Assembly (NCBI RefSeq): GCF_006345805.1
Contig: NC_043006.1
Span: forward strand, 101,370,001 to 101,434,000
Direction: 5' to 3'
Source: Octopus sinensis
Taxonomy: Eukaryota
DNA: 64,000 nt
The notes beneath the pieces are model-generated. The model made no database searches and was not told the DNA's origin. It saw only the letters and a list, made by a program, of their open reading frames with translations. The stretch's first letter is position 1, and every line of letters starts with the position of its first letter. This document shows positions 62,495 through 64,000 of this stretch, in pieces. The position numbers and the translations under genes were made by a program.

Positions 62495-62765
62495 GATCAT
62501 ATGGTGTAGTAGTTAAGAGCGCAGGCTACTAACCCCAAGATTCCGAGTTCGATTCCAGGCAGTGACCTGAATAATAATAATGATAATAATAATAATAATG
62601 ATAATAACATCAAAAAATACCTTAGGAAATTTCCCCAAGACACCTGACGAATGCTGGAAGGTATATCAGCCGAAACATTGTGTTAACAACAAATAAGATG
62701 AGGACAAATATCTGTCAAATGTAAATAATGTACATAATTCCTCATCTCTTAAATATAGAATTGTA
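62495..62765 (+). mobile_element. tRNA-headed, hammerhead-containing Penelope-type repeat (best copy)
   Basis: A-box-like TGGTGTAGTAGTT, B box GAGTTCGATTCC, (AAT)n linker, hammerhead motif, tail AATTCCTCATCTCTTAAATATAGAATTGTA. Confidence 0.82.
62639..62684 (+). ncRNA. Minimal type I hammerhead ribozyme motif (near-intact)
   Basis: Stem I GACAC/GTGTT, CTGACGA, inserted A, stem II TGCTGG/TCAGCC (first pair mismatched), GAAA, CA, UH = TT; predicted cleavage after 62679. Confidence 0.7.
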
Positions 62766-62959
62766 TTCATATTATCATTCCCAAAAGTGGTTCAGATTAA
62801 AAAGGGATGTCATTGTGAATTAATATCCAGAACTGTCTTTGATGCCAAGATGAAAGAGGCTTGGAAATGTTACAATGTGAAGTTATGAAACTAAGATTTC
62901 ATGAGAGAGAGGATACTCCAAATAGATCCAACTGTGAGATCAGCTACTGAAGTTAACAG

Positions 62960-63510
62960 CTATATGGCAGAAAGCAGAATTATTGATATGAAATCAGGGA
63001 AAGCAGCTACACCAAAGGAGTAAATCTCTCAAATGCTGAATATATCTGGCTACTGAATGCTCAAGCTTGCCATTAGCTTTGTCTATCAGGCTATAGAGAG
63101 ATGTCATACCTAATGACTGGTATAGCAATGGTACTATCAACTGTAACAAGGGCATATGGAATGCTCTAGAAAGAATCACCATATGCAGTTATCTGAACAC
63201 GGAAATGGTGGATGTATCTGGTGCAGTAGAATATGTGCTATTATGTCCTACCTCACTGTAGTGGAACACACTAGTTGTGGTGGCGGCAGTAGTACAGGTA
63301 GTTGCTGAGTGGAAAGGATAAAATTTATTGAAGTATTCATCAATTAAATGATTGGTGAATCCTGAAAAGGTTGCAAAGTAGCTTTGTCAATGAGGTTGGG
63401 TTGTATTGGGAGGTGTGTTGCCCAGTAGTTGGCTTAGCATTAGTTTGATCATCTGCTTCAAGGACAAGGAGATTCTTTAGAAAGAAGCAACTTCAGAAGA
63501 TTAAAATTCA
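62960..63510 (+). pseudogene. Degraded RTE-clade RT N-terminal fragments
   Basis: IDMKSGKAA, QMLNISG, VIPNDWYS..INCNKG..ALER, and a second piece CFKDKGDSLERSNFR. Confidence 0.7.
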
Positions 63511-63665
63511 TCATCATCATTCAACATCTGTTTTCATGCTGGCATGGTTTGGATAGTTTGACAGGAGCTGGCCAGGCTCCAGTTGTCCATTTTGGCATGG
63601 TTTCTACAGCTGGGTGCCCTTCCTAATGCCAACCACCTTACAGAGTGTACTGGGTGCTTTTTACA
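63508..63665 (-). mobile_element. RTE-type 3'-tail element
   Basis: (CAT)n..TTTTCATGCTGGCATGG..GCCCTTCCTAATGCCAACCAC..GAGTGTACTGGGTGC. Confidence 0.8.
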
Positions 63666-64000
63666 TGGATCAAGTTTATTCAAGTATCAGCACAACTGAT
63701 TAAGAAGACAATTAGCTTAAATGAGATGCAGTTTAGGATTGTGCTGTGAAGGGGGCACGACCCATTCACTCTGCCTCGTGAGAAAACTGTGGGAACAGTT
63801 CTAGTCTTAGCCCTTTAACAATCAGGTTACTCAGTTAAATGTAATACTGGTTTATTCACATTGTTTTTAGTTAATTATGCATTACCTTGTAGTATGAAGA
63901 TTTCGATGATGTGATTGTTTATTTTTAGAATAACATTGTAGAGCAGGTGTGAGAGTCCTATCTGGTTGGTTTGAATATTTGGGACTGGATATGGCCAGCT

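Overview
A strongly AT-rich, repeat-dense animal genomic window (intergenic or inside very large introns). The SINE/LINE families and microsatellites resemble those I recall from octopus genomes (inference, not verified). No protein-coding gene could be identified with confidence; most listed six-frame ORFs are microsatellite, low-complexity or transposon translations. Recognisable content: about 15 copies of a tRNA/CORE-type SINE, several of a second tRNA-SINE (Deu/Nin-like domain), many RTE-type 3'-tail elements ending in (ATG)n, RTE, CR1/L2-group and R4-like LINE relics, a fold-back DD41D (rosa-type) Tc1/mariner derivative, two TTAA piggyBac-type MITEs, a CAC..GTG MITE, two non-autonomous Helitron copies and several Penelope-like element (PLE) remnants. 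Most interesting is a repeat joining a tRNA-derived Pol III head, via (AAT)n, to a PLE-type terminal repeat whose three copies reconstruct a minimal type I hammerhead ribozyme. It occurs as inverted pairs at about 22.8-23.2 kb and 62.1-62.8 kb, the latter enclosing a PLE reverse-transcriptase fragment.
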